NCBI GenBank assembly: GCA_963772205.1
Contig: CAVYXS010000258.1
Span: 16,325 to 80,324, forward strand
Reading direction: 5' to 3'
Origin: an uncultured cyanobacterium
Lineage (GTDB): Bacteria; Cyanobacteriota; Cyanobacteriia; Cyanobacteriales; Nostocaceae
Length of the DNA: 64,000 nt
This document shows, in pieces, positions 30,996 to 41,082 of the stretch; the stretch's first letter is position 1; every line of letters begins with the position of its first letter. The position numbers and the translations under genes are program-made. Below the pieces are notes generated by a model, which saw nothing but the letters and a program-made list of their open reading frames with translations, was not told where the DNA came from and did not search any database.

Positions 30996-32918
30996 TTGCC
31001 CAGTTACAAAGCAACAAGCCTCAATATCAGGCAATGCAGACTGTCGCCTGGCGGAATCATCCCCATTGTTCTGGTTGGTGGTGTGATTGTTTTTGTCCCC
31101 CTGTTCTTTGGCGGATTGGTGGTGATTGGTGAACGCGAAGTAGGTATTGTGGTGAGAAAATTCACCCTTTCCGGGCGCGGCATCCCATCTGGAGGACTAA
31201 TTGCGCTCAATGGTGAAGCAGGTTTGCAAGCAGATACCCTCGCCCCTGGTTGGCACTGGGGGTATTGGCCTTGGCAGTACTCTGTTCGCAAAGAGCAGGT
31301 AGTTGTTGTGCCTCAAGGTGAAATCGCCCTGATTGTGGCTGCAGATGGGGCTTCCAACCCGCCAGAGCGGATTTTGGGCAAAATCGTCGATTGTGATAAC
31401 TTTCAAGATGCCCGCAAATTCCTCACCCACGGTGGCGAAAAAGGTCGGCAAATGGGTTTTCTCACAGCCGGTACATACCGCATCAACACCGCCCTGTTTA
31501 AAGTAATTATGGCATCGAACGCCAGCACTCATGGCATGAATCCCGAACAGTTGCGCGTGTATAATTTACCCGCAGATAAAGTTGGGATTGTCACTACTTT
31601 AGATGGTTTACCAATCCCCGGTGGTGAACTTGCAGGCCCCATAATTGCTGGACATGACAACTTCCAGAGTGGTCAGAAATTCATTGATGGCGGTGGAAGA
31701 CGCGGTTTACAAGAGCAAATACTACTTTCTGGTTCCTGGAACTTGAATCCTTGGTTTGTCCAAGTTGAACAAGTCCCCATGACAGAAATTCCCATTGGCT
31801 ATGTGGGCGTGGTGATTTCTTTCGTGGGTAAAGCTCATCAAGATGTCAGTGGTGCAGCCTTCACCCACGGTAACTTGGTGAATCAGGGACATAAAGGCGT
31901 GTGGGTGGAACCACTTTATCCTGGTAAGCACCCGATTAATTCCCGGATTATGAAAATTGAATTGGTGCCTACCACCAACATTGTTTTAAACTGGTCAGGT
32001 CGCACCGAACGCCACAGCTATGATGCTAAACTAGCTTCCCTCACAGTGCGATCGCGTGATGGGTTTGCTTTCGATTTAGAAGTAGCGCAAATTATCCATG
32101 TGGGTGCGTTAGATGCGCCAAAGGTAATTTCTCGCGTTGGTGCAATGCAAAATCTGGTAGACCATGTATTAGAACCAACCATTGGTAACTATTTCCGCAA
32201 CTCAGCCCAAGACTATACTGTACTAGACTTTCTCACCGCCCGGAGTGAGCGCCAATCGGAGGCTGCTGAGTATATTAAAACAGCACTGCGGGCTTATGAC
32301 GTGCAAGCGATCGACACCCTCATCGGTGATATTCAGCCGCCAGCATCGCTGATGCAGACACAGACAGACCGGAAAATTGCGGAAGAACAACGCAAAACCT
32401 ATGAAGTGCAGCAGATGGCGCAAACCCAACGCCAACAACTAGTTCGGGAGACAGCACTGGCTGATATTCAGCAAGAAATGGTGAAATCGGAGCAGAGTGT
32501 ACAAATTGCTGAGTTGAAAGCCCAAGCCGAAATTAAGCAAGCTAACGGTCAAGCCGAGTCTACCAAACTACGGGCAATTGCGGAAGCTGAAGGTATCCGT
32601 GCCACAGGTAACGCTAAAGCCGAAACCTACCGCACTGGTGTAGAAGCCCTGGGAACACAAGGTTATACAGCAATGCAGCTGATGCAAATTATCGGCGATC
32701 GCAACGTCCGATTGATACCCGATATCCTGGTTGGTGGTAGCAACGGTAGCACCAACGGCTTGGTGGATGGGTTACTTTCGATGATTTTATGGAATCAAAC
32801 TGGTAAGCAAGGTGAAGTGACACCAACACCATTGCATCCTCAAGCAGTAGTCAAAAACCAATCCACGTCACAAAATGGTATTCCGTCGGTAGTTTTAGAT
32901 TTGCCAAAAGATAAGTAA
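30996..32918 (+). CDS. flotillin/SPFH (band 7) family membrane protein
   Basis: N-terminal TM (IIPIVLVGGVIVFVPLFFGGLVVIG) followed by an SPFH domain and long Ala/Gln/Glu-rich coiled coil (…AELKAQAEIKQANGQAESTKLRAIAEAEGIRATGNAKAETYR…). 640 aa. Confidence 0.8.
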   Translation: MPSYKATSLNIRQCRLSPGGIIPIVLVGGVIVFVPLFFGGLVVIGEREVGIVVRKFTLSGRGIPSGGLIALNGEAGLQADTLAPGWHWGYWPWQYSVRKEQVVVVPQGEIALIVAADGASNPPERILGKIVDCDNFQDARKFLTHGGEKGRQMGFLTAGTYRINTALFKVIMASNASTHGMNPEQLRVYNLPADKVGIVTTLDGLPIPGGELAGPIIAGHDNFQSGQKFIDGGGRRGLQEQILLSGSWNLNPWFVQVEQVPMTEIPIGYVGVVISFVGKAHQDVSGAAFTHGNLVNQGHKGVWVEPLYPGKHPINSRIMKIELVPTTNIVLNWSGRTERHSYDAKLASLTVRSRDGFAFDLEVAQIIHVGALDAPKVISRVGAMQNLVDHVLEPTIGNYFRNSAQDYTVLDFLTARSERQSEAAEYIKTALRAYDVQAIDTLIGDIQPPASLMQTQTDRKIAEEQRKTYEVQQMAQTQRQQLVRETALADIQQEMVKSEQSVQIAELKAQAEIKQANGQAESTKLRAIAEAEGIRATGNAKAETYRTGVEALGTQGYTAMQLMQIIGDRNVRLIPDILVGGSNGSTNGLVDGLLSMILWNQTGKQGEVTPTPLHPQAVVKNQSTSQNGIPSVVLDLPKDK

Positions 32919-33269
32919 TTATTGTTGTACGTAAGTCGGGTGTACAAGAACCCCACCCCCAACCCCCTCCCCGCAAGCGAGGAGGGGGCTATTACATCAA
33001 AAACTCCATCCCCTCTGGGTGGAGTTTTTTATAATTTTTATTTATATTTTAGACACAAATATATAGCGCTTCTCAGTTGGATGCAATACAAAATTATATC
33101 GTCGCGTGTAGGGGCACGGCACTGCCGTGCCCTTACTCAACCGATAACCTATATATAGCGTTTCTCGCCCTAGTTAGGTACACCCGTAGGGCACGGCAGC
33201 TGTTCCTTACACCGCGTGATACAATTTTGTACCTCATCTGAATGTGTTGTGCTATAAGCCACAACAGTA

Positions 33270-33352
33270 ACCTTTGTCGTGACGACAGTAACCTTTGTCG
33301 TGACGACAGCAACCTTTGTCGTCACGACAGCAACCTTTGTCGTGACGACAGC
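33270..33352. repeat. intergenic tandem repeat, 21-bp unit (CCTTTGTCGTGACGACAGCAA) x ~4, each unit containing palindrome GTCGTGACGAC
   Basis: Visible as AACCTTTGTCGTGACGACAGTAACCTTTGTCGTGACGACAGCAACCTTTGTCGTCACGACAGCAACCTTTGTCGTGACGACAGCAACC. Confidence 0.85.
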
Positions 33353-33635
33353 AACCCCTTTCACGTAGTTGAACCACACTCTCAGGGCACAGCAGTGCTG
33401 TGCCCCTACAACAAATGTGGTCTATTTACCTGAAAACTGCTGTAACTTGACACCTATGGCGAGACGCCCGCCCCAGTCCTTGGGCTAGATGTCCACCCCA
33501 CAAGATGGAATAATTTATTTCTTAGTAATCCCTTACCGCAAAATTGCATATGTCCCACCCTGCTCAGAAGTATATAAAAGTAAGCCAGCAAATAACGGTG
33601 GTGTTGTCTTAAATTTCATTTCATACATTTATAAT

Positions 33636-35120
33636 ATGCGTTTACCCAACATTGGTCTAAGTTTCCTCGCCCTAGTTATTGCCACTGCTTCCACACCGAT
33701 AACTTTCAGCTTTTCCGCATCACCAGGAGAGTTACGAGTACTGGCGCAAACATCAGAGGCACGGAAAGCGGAAGCAGATAGATTGTTAGACCAAGGTTTA
33801 CAGCAGTATCAAACCAGTCAATTTACAGCAGCATTGCAGTCTTGGCAACAAGCACTACAAATCTACCGGGAAATAAAAGACCGTCAAAATGAGGGTGCTG
33901 CACTGGGAAATCTCGGTCTTGCCTACTATTCCTTGGGAGACTACAAAAAAGCCATTGACTACGAACAACAATTGTTGGCGATCGCACGCTCAATTAAAGA
34001 CCGTAAAAGTGAGGGTGTTGCACTGGGAAATCTCGGTCTTGCCTACCTTTCCTTGGGAGACTACAAAAAAGCTATTGAGTACGAACAACAATTCTTGGCG
34101 ATCGCACGCTCAATTAAAGACCGTCAAAGTGAGGGTAAAGCACTGGGAAATCTCGGTCTTGCCTACTATTCCTTGGGAGACTACAAAAAAGCCATTGAGT
34201 ACGAACAACAATGGTTGGCGATCGCACGGGAAATTCAAGACCGTCAAAGTGAGGGTCTTGCACTGGGAAATCTCGGTCTTGCCTATCTTTCCTTGGGAGA
34301 CTACAAAAAAGCCATTGACTACGAACAACAATTCTTGGCGATCGCACGGGAAATAAAAGACCATCAAAGTGAGGGTCTTGCACTGGGAAATCTCGGTCTT
34401 GCCTATCTTTCCTTGGGAGACTACAAAAAAGCCATTGACTACGAACAACAATTCTTGGCGATTGCACGGGAAATAAAAGACCATCAAAGTGAGGGTGCTG
34501 CACTGAACAATCTAGGATTGGCTTACTACAAACAAGGAAATCTCACTTTAGCAGAAAGTACCTTGATTCAAGGCATAAAAGTTTGGGAGTCTCTACGAGG
34601 TCGAGAATTAAAAGATAGTGAGAAAGTTTCAATCTTTGAAACCCAAAGTCAAACCTATCGCACTTTACAACAAGTCATAATTGCTGAGAATAAAATTGAA
34701 GCAGCCTTAGAAATAGCTGAACGTGGACGGGGGCGTGCTTTTGTGGAGTTACTTGCTTCCCGGTTATCTGCTAACCCTAAAGAACAATTTCCCACCCCAC
34801 CAAATATTGCAGAGATTAAACAAATTGCCAAATCACAAAATACTACTTTCGTGCAATATTCAATTATTTATAATGAATTCAAGATTCAGGGTAAACAAGA
34901 AGCCAAGGAATCAGAACTCTACATTTGGGTAATCAAACCGAATGGTGAAGTTACCTTCCGTAAAGTTGACCTTAAACCTTTATGGCAAAAAGATAATACA
35001 ACTTTAGCTGAGTTAGTCACCAGCAGCCGCGAGTCAATAGGTGTCAGAGGACGTGGCGCTATTGATGTAAGTTACAACCCCAATGCACCCAAAGGCAAAA
35101 ACCGCTTTTTACAGCACTAA
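33636..35120 (+). CDS. TPR-repeat protein with truncated C-terminal CHAT-domain start. Seven near-identical 40-aa TPR units.
   Basis: Signal/TM MRLPNIGLSFLALVIATAS. Units of ALGNLGLAY(Y/L)SLGDYKKAI(D/E)YEQQ(F/W)LAIAR(S/E)IKD(R/H)QSEG repeated 7x (120-nt DNA repeats 33.88-34.5 kb). Then ERGRGRAFVELLASRL…LYIWVIKPNGEVTF, which resembles the N-terminal part of a CHAT domain. ORF stops before any catalytic His/Cys region. Confidence 0.65.
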   Translation: MRLPNIGLSFLALVIATASTPITFSFSASPGELRVLAQTSEARKAEADRLLDQGLQQYQTSQFTAALQSWQQALQIYREIKDRQNEGAALGNLGLAYYSLGDYKKAIDYEQQLLAIARSIKDRKSEGVALGNLGLAYLSLGDYKKAIEYEQQFLAIARSIKDRQSEGKALGNLGLAYYSLGDYKKAIEYEQQWLAIAREIQDRQSEGLALGNLGLAYLSLGDYKKAIDYEQQFLAIAREIKDHQSEGLALGNLGLAYLSLGDYKKAIDYEQQFLAIAREIKDHQSEGAALNNLGLAYYKQGNLTLAESTLIQGIKVWESLRGRELKDSEKVSIFETQSQTYRTLQQVIIAENKIEAALEIAERGRGRAFVELLASRLSANPKEQFPTPPNIAEIKQIAKSQNTTFVQYSIIYNEFKIQGKQEAKESELYIWVIKPNGEVTFRKVDLKPLWQKDNTTLAELVTSSRESIGVRGRGAIDVSYNPNAPKGKNRFLQH

Positions 35121-35244
35121 AGTGCTACGACAGGACTAAAGTCCTGACTACGAATTTATAATTTTCACAAGTAGGGGCTGGGCAGGGCATTGCCGTGCCC
35201 CTACCAAGGTATTGGTATCATAGTTAAATTAAGGCGGCTAAATT

Positions 35245-37020
35245 TTGAATTTCTTACACAACCGTTATCGCTTGCTGAAGTTAATTGGTAAAGGGGGATT
35301 CTGCAAAACCTATCTCGCTGTAGATGAGGGTGAGTTTCCCCCTGTTCCTTGTGTTGTGCAACAATTGTCGAATGACAATCAAACACCTGCAGCTTTTGTG
35401 CAAAAGGCGCAGTTACTACAAGAGTTGGGACAGCATCCACAAATTCCCGCAATACTGGCACATTTCGAGGATAATCAGCATTTTTATTGGGTGCAGGAGT
35501 TTATTGCTGGCGCTAATTTGGCTACCTTATTGGCAGATGAGGGAAGCTTTAGTGAAACTCAAATTTGGCAACTTTTAGAGAATATATTACCAGTTATTAA
35601 ATTTATTAGCGATCGCCATCTGATTCACCGCGATATTAAACCAGAAAATATTATTCGCACATCCCCCGGAAATTTCGTCTTAGTTGATTTTGGTGCGGCT
35701 ATAATCACCAGCGCCATTAACCAGCTAACTGTTGAAAATACTATTGGTAGTCCAGTATATATCGCTCCAGAACAAGCCGAGGGAAAACCAGTTTTTGCGA
35801 GTGATCTTTACAGCCTGGGTGTAACTTGCATTCACCTACTGACTCAGATTCCGCCTTTTGATTTATTTGATATTGCGAACGATTGTTGGATTTGGCAACA
35901 GTATCTTACCACCAGAGTGAGTCAGCGTCTCTCACAAACTCTCAACAAACTGCTACAAAATAACCTCACCCAACGCTTTCAAACAGCGGATGAAGTGATG
36001 GAAACTACAGGTATCATTGATGCCCACCCTTACCCAGCAATCACTTCAGAGTCTATCAGCAGTCCAAAATTGCCAATTCATCCACAATGGCAATGTATAC
36101 ATACAATTAGTGGACATTCCAGTATATCTGCTGCTATTAACTCTCTGGCTTTCAGCCCTGATGGTAACACCCTCGCCAGTGGCGATGATGACAAAATCAC
36201 GAGATTGTGGGATTTAAGCACCAAAAAATTGCTAACCAGCTTGAAAGGACATAGCCAAGGGGTGAAATCTGTAGCCTTTAGTCCTGATGGACAAATTTTA
36301 GCAACGGCTAGCGACGATAAAACTATTAAATTGTGGAATTTCAACACATTCGCAGAAATCTTCACCCTCAGCGGACACTCAAATGCAGTGAAATCAGTAG
36401 CTTTCAGTCCAGATGGACAGATGCTTGCTAGTGGAAGTTGGGATAAAACAGTCAAACTCTGGGATGTCAATAATGGTCAAGAAATTTGTACCCTGACTGG
36501 ACATCAATTACAAGTAAGTTCAGTCGCCTTTAGTCCCCAAGGAGAACTGTTAGCCAGCGCCAGTTTTGACAGAACGATTCGCCTGTGGCAACTTTCTGCC
36601 AGAGAATTGAAAAACCGCCCAGATTATACCTTGTTAGGCACCCTTTCAGGACATGCTAGGACGGTTTTAACAATCGCTTTTAGTCCCGATGGTCAAATTT
36701 TGGCGACGGGTGGCGACGATAACACAATAAAATTGTGGGAGGTAAACACTGGTCAGATAATTACCACACTTTCAGGTCATTCTTGGTCGGTGGTAGCATT
36801 AGCTTTCACTGCTGATGGCGAAACGCTGATTAGCGCCAGTTGGGATCAGACAGTTAAACTGTGGAGAGTAAGAACTGCAGAACAAATTGCTACTCTATCG
36901 AGTCATGTAGACTCTGTATCTGCCATTGCTGTGAGTCAAGTTGCACAGCTAATTGCTAGCGGTAGCAAGGATAAGACCATCAAATTATGGCAGCCTTTGA
37001 CCCACCCACGCCTAGAATGA
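35245..37020 (+). CDS. serine/threonine protein kinase fused to WD40 repeat domain
   Basis: Kinase motifs GKGGFCKTY, HRDIKPENII, DFG, APE. Then seven WD40 repeats (…LASGDDDKITRLWDL…, …ASDDKTIKLWNF…). Confidence 0.9.
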   Translation: MNFLHNRYRLLKLIGKGGFCKTYLAVDEGEFPPVPCVVQQLSNDNQTPAAFVQKAQLLQELGQHPQIPAILAHFEDNQHFYWVQEFIAGANLATLLADEGSFSETQIWQLLENILPVIKFISDRHLIHRDIKPENIIRTSPGNFVLVDFGAAIITSAINQLTVENTIGSPVYIAPEQAEGKPVFASDLYSLGVTCIHLLTQIPPFDLFDIANDCWIWQQYLTTRVSQRLSQTLNKLLQNNLTQRFQTADEVMETTGIIDAHPYPAITSESISSPKLPIHPQWQCIHTISGHSSISAAINSLAFSPDGNTLASGDDDKITRLWDLSTKKLLTSLKGHSQGVKSVAFSPDGQILATASDDKTIKLWNFNTFAEIFTLSGHSNAVKSVAFSPDGQMLASGSWDKTVKLWDVNNGQEICTLTGHQLQVSSVAFSPQGELLASASFDRTIRLWQLSARELKNRPDYTLLGTLSGHARTVLTIAFSPDGQILATGGDDNTIKLWEVNTGQIITTLSGHSWSVVALAFTADGETLISASWDQTVKLWRVRTAEQIATLSSHVDSVSAIAVSQVAQLIASGSKDKTIKLWQPLTHPRLE

Positions 37021-37180
37021 CTAATAGACCTGTTGCAAAAGTCCCCTAACACCCCACCCCCAACCCCTCCCCGCAAGCGAGGAGGGGAGACTTTGACGTA
37101 AGTCAAAGGCGGAGTGGGGTTATTTCTTTTGATTTATGCCCCATGCCCAATGCCCCATGCCCCATGCCCCATGCCCAATA

Positions 37181-37480
37181 TCAGGCGCTACCTGTAAAGG
37201 CAACTTCAGGAAACTTCAATTGCGCTTCCGCCATTGGGCGGTTTCTGCCTTCTTCTTGCCAGTAGTTAATCACTTCTGTGGCTTTATTGAGCAACTCAAC
37301 GCGATCGAGGTCAGTAATCCAGTGTTTGGATTCTAGCTCCTTTTTTAACTCTTCCCAGGCATCATTCCTAGGCCAGAAAAAGTACTTAGTCAAAGGGCTT
37401 GTGCCTTTGCCTACAATTTGGTCAACTGCGAGAGCGACGTTTTCGTCTAACCAAAGAATCTTCAAAATAAACTTGGTCAA
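37181..37480 (-). CDS. ycf65: ribosome-associated protein PSRP-3/Ycf65
   Basis: [47 protein letters not shown] matches the PSRP-3 family. Confidence 0.85.
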   Translation of the reverse strand: MTKFILKILWLDENVALAVDQIVGKGTSPLTKYFFWPRNDAWEELKKELESKHWITDLDRVELLNKATEVINYWQEEGRNRPMAEAQLKFPEVAFTGSA

Positions 37481-37604
37481 TCACACCTCCGGGGAAAATC
37501 CGGGCATAGCTTAATAAGTTAGCGATCGCTTATTGTAACTCAATACCTTGCCAGATGGTTAAATACTAATTAGGTATCATGCCCCATGCCCCATGCCCAA
37601 TTTT

Positions 37605-38384
37605 ATGACTAAAGCGATCGCAGTTTTTGATATTGATGGTGTTATCCGCGATGTTGGTGGTTCCTATCGGCGGGCGCTTGCAGATACTGTAGAGCATTTT
37701 ACCGCCCTTGCCTATCGCCCGACACCTATAGACATTGACCAGTTAAAATCTGAAGGCATCTGGAATAACGATTGGGAAGCCTCTCAAGAATTTATTTACC
37801 GTTATTTTCAATCTCTTGGACAGTCCCGCGAGCAATTGCAACTCGACTACAAAGAAATTGTCAGTTTTTTTCAATCCCGTTACCGAGGTTCTGACCCTGA
37901 CAATTGGACGGGGTATATCTGTAATGAACCCTTATTATTAAAGCCTAGCTATTTAGACGAACTAACACAAGCTGGCATTCCTTGGGGCTTTTTCAGCGGT
38001 GCTACTCGCGCTTCGGCTACCTACGTCTTGGAAAAACGCTTGGGTTTACAGTCGCCGGTGTTGATTGCGATGGAAGATGCACCAGGTAAACCTGACCCCA
38101 CAGGACTTTTTGCCGCTCTTGGTCTGTTAGAAAATAATATTGACAATAAACCAACAATAGTGTACGTCGGAGATACTGTAGCAGATATGTACACTGTAGA
38201 GAAAGCACGAGAGTTGAATCCAGAGAGAAATTGGATTGGTGTAGGTATTTTACCGCCTCACGTCCAGGAAACTGCAGCGCGGCGTGATGCCTATAGTGAG
38301 ACATTGCAAAAAGCTGGAGCGGCTATAGTTTTGAGTAATGTGCAGGAGTTGACACCAGAGCAAATTCAAGAATTGGTAAGCTGA
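37605..38384 (+). CDS. HAD-superfamily hydrolase
   Basis: Motif I AIAVFDIDGVIRD, motif IV YVGDTVADM. ORF opens at 37593. Confidence 0.7.
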   Translation: MTKAIAVFDIDGVIRDVGGSYRRALADTVEHFTALAYRPTPIDIDQLKSEGIWNNDWEASQEFIYRYFQSLGQSREQLQLDYKEIVSFFQSRYRGSDPDNWTGYICNEPLLLKPSYLDELTQAGIPWGFFSGATRASATYVLEKRLGLQSPVLIAMEDAPGKPDPTGLFAALGLLENNIDNKPTIVYVGDTVADMYTVEKARELNPERNWIGVGILPPHVQETAARRDAYSETLQKAGAAIVLSNVQELTPEQIQELVS

Positions 38385-38482
38385 TTACAAGCATTAGAAC
38401 CACATCTATCCTCAGGGCACAGCATTGCTGTGCCCCTACCATGTGATCTATTTACCTGAAAACTGCTGTAAACGAGGTTATT

Positions 38483-39331
38483 TTAATTTTCTGGCGATCG
38501 CCAGGCGTATAAACTGAAAATATCAGAACCCTGAAGAATCGGTTCTTGCTCAACTTTAATCTCACTAAAACCCTGTTCTTGAAGTAAAGCTGTAATCTTT
38601 TCAATGCGAAGCTCTAAATCATGCACTTCAATGAACACTTGTTTAATTTTTGGCCAATCTTGTGCTTCAATACCTAGCAGCACATCCATCTCACTTTTTT
38701 CTACATCTATTTTGAGCAAGTCAATCTGCTGGATATTCTGCTCACTAATCATTTGCGATACGGTTTTCAATTGGCACATAACTTGCTCTGCTTGAAAAGC
38801 TGTAGCAAATTTGCGATCAATAATGCGCGAAAATAGAGGTTTTGGTAACCAACGCAGCCAACTAATAGAAGCAGGAAAATTTTTGAAATTAGCCAAAGTC
38901 ATTTTCTTGAGTTTGTCCAATTCTTCTTGTGAACTGATTGGATATGCAGTCGAGCCGAGAGTTATTTTTGGGTAATATGTAAAGGTCATAGTCTTCGATT
39001 CCTGGGATAATCCGCACGGAAAAACCTTGACGTTTTTTAACGCCAAACGTTCGACATTGCTGTTCAGCACTTTGAAAATTGCCGGGATAGGCTCAAAAGC
39101 ATAGACATGCACATTTTGGTTACAGTGTTGAGTCACCAACATTGTAAATAAACCTATATTGGCTCCCACATCAAAAACTGTATCACCCTCGCTCAACTTA
39201 ATTCCATATTTTAAGTACGCCTGCACTTCTTGGTACATCAATTGCACTTCATCTTTTCGCAAGCAAGATATTTTCATCCCGTTGGGAAGCGTAGTTTGGG
39301 GAATTAAAGTTGGCATAGATGACGTTACCAA
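38483..39331 (-). CDS. FkbM family methyltransferase
   Basis: SAM-binding motif VFDVGANIGLFT, FkbM-like length and pattern. Confidence 0.7.
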   Translation of the reverse strand: MVTSSMPTLIPQTTLPNGMKISCLRKDEVQLMYQEVQAYLKYGIKLSEGDTVFDVGANIGLFTMLVTQHCNQNVHVYAFEPIPAIFKVLNSNVERLALKNVKVFPCGLSQESKTMTFTYYPKITLGSTAYPISSQEELDKLKKMTLANFKNFPASISWLRWLPKPLFSRIIDRKFATAFQAEQVMCQLKTVSQMISEQNIQQIDLLKIDVEKSEMDVLLGIEAQDWPKIKQVFIEVHDLELRIEKITALLQEQGFSEIKVEQEPILQGSDIFSLYAWRSPEN

Positions 39332-39386
39332 GATGGCATAATACGAGAATCATACCCTATAAAAGTAGTACGAAATTCTGAAAACT

Positions 39387-40969
39387 TTACTGCCAATTTC
39401 TCAACCGAAAGCGCACTGGCATTTTATCGGACGGATAAATTAACAGATTTTGCTGTAATTCTTCCAAAGAAGAACGACCGTTAACTAACTCCCAGTCGAA
39501 GTAGCGGAGCAATAATGCTAGCATCAGAGTTCCTTCTAGCATGGATAGATGCTCTCCCAAGCAACGATGAAGCCCTGAGCCAAAGTCTATCATTGGCAGT
39601 GAACTAGTTTCCTTATCCTTGTCTAACCAACGTTCTGGCAGAAATTCCTCCGGATTAGCATAGACTTGTGGATCTCTTCCAGCAGCAAGCATTGACCAGG
39701 ATACTCTTGTACCGCGAGGAATGACTTGACCCTCAATTACAGTGTCGCGTTGAGTCTCCAATGAAGTTGAGCCAGAAGCGACTGAATAGAGGCGCAATGT
39801 CTCCTTGAGAATTGCACTAATATAAGCCAATTCTTTGAAGCTTTCTGTATTAATACAGCCTTTGCTTTGCCAAACTTGGTCAACTATGTACCGTGCTTGC
39901 TGAAAAACCTTTTGATTTAAGCTCAACTCTCCGACTGCAAAGGATAAAGTATGGGCTGTTGTGTCAGTACCAGCTATTAAGAGTTCAACAGATTCTGCTA
40001 TTAATGTTTCGCGATTGTATTTTGGTTCTTTAGCAGCAATTTTGACTAACATTGATTCAGGAAACAAAGGACTGACTTGTGGTAAATCGGTCTGGCTTTG
40101 TTCTCTCATCTGTAAAGCTGAGGTCTACACGGGGAGTGAGAAATTCCTCTCAAATATCGCCTTGCTGCCCAATAATCTCGGGAATTCTTAGTGGGCAAAT
40201 ATTTCATCCATATCTTCTCTCCAGTAGCTTGGCGTAGGAACCGATAGCCAACAACAGACATTGCTTCATACACCTTGAGAACTTCCAGGATAGGCCCTTA
40301 TGACTAGTACCGTTCTATCCACAGGAATGCCTAAGTACTAAACTAGGAAATTACCCTCATTGTTAGTTCGACAAACAGAGGATCTACCTGAACTTCTTTT
40401 GGTAGCGCAGCTTCTTTCAGTGTCTCAATTACTTGTTCGCAGGCTTGGTTAATAATTTCCACATATTTGGAGAGACTGCTAGAACTGAATTCCGGTTCCA
40501 AGCCTTGCGTCGCCACTGCCACTCAGTCCCAGTTTCTCCTATCATAATGGGACTAGTAATATCGTTCCAAGCTTTGCGTAATCGCTCAGAATCTAATTAA
40601 GCTACCATCTCTCATCCCATTGACAATGGTATCTTCGATAACTTTTGGTTTACTTAAAACGACAACTGGAGAACCGCCATTCCACATCACATACATCGGC
40701 CCTAGCTGTTGACTCCAATCAAACATTAATTGGAATAATTTTTTCTGTTTCACTGCTGCTAATATTTGCGGAAGATTTCCTAACAGCCAGTGTTTGGGAG
40801 GAGAAGGGAGTGATTCTAGCGCTTTGTATGTGTTCTTTTGTTTCCACCAGCGCCACCCAATTGTTCCCGCTATGGTAGTAACGCCTAAGACTGTGGCTAA
40901 AGATGGAAGTGAGTCAGAATAAGCAATCTGAGCAGTAATGTTTTGAAACATGAATCCGCCTTTATCCAC
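39387..40969 (-). pseudogene. cytochrome P450, disrupted. N-terminal fragment 40586-40969, C-terminal fragment 39387-40109; the ~475-nt middle has no open frame.
   Basis: C-terminal fragment has I-helix AGTDTT, ETLRL (K-helix ExxR) and heme-binding FGSGLHRCLG. N-terminal fragment has a membrane-anchor/P450 N-terminus. No continuous ORF joins them. Confidence 0.7.
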
Positions 40970-41082
40970 TAAAAACTTCAGATTACCCAGATACTACCTT
41001 AATAGCTACCAATCAACTAATACAAAAAAATACCCCCAGTAAATCCCTCTACGGTCGGTTGCAAAAATTATCTAAAAATGCA

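Noticed and set aside
33170-33433. ORFs 33170..33379 (-) and 33242..33433 (+) with repetitive TTKVAVV / CRDDSNL sequences
   Set aside because: They are translations of the 21-bp tandem repeat and MITE sequence, not genes.
33889-34503. ORFs in alternate frames/antisense across the TPR repeat block (33889..34356 +, 34110..34503 -)
   Set aside because: Periodic artefacts of the 120-nt DNA repeats. The TPR frame is the only one giving a recognisable protein.
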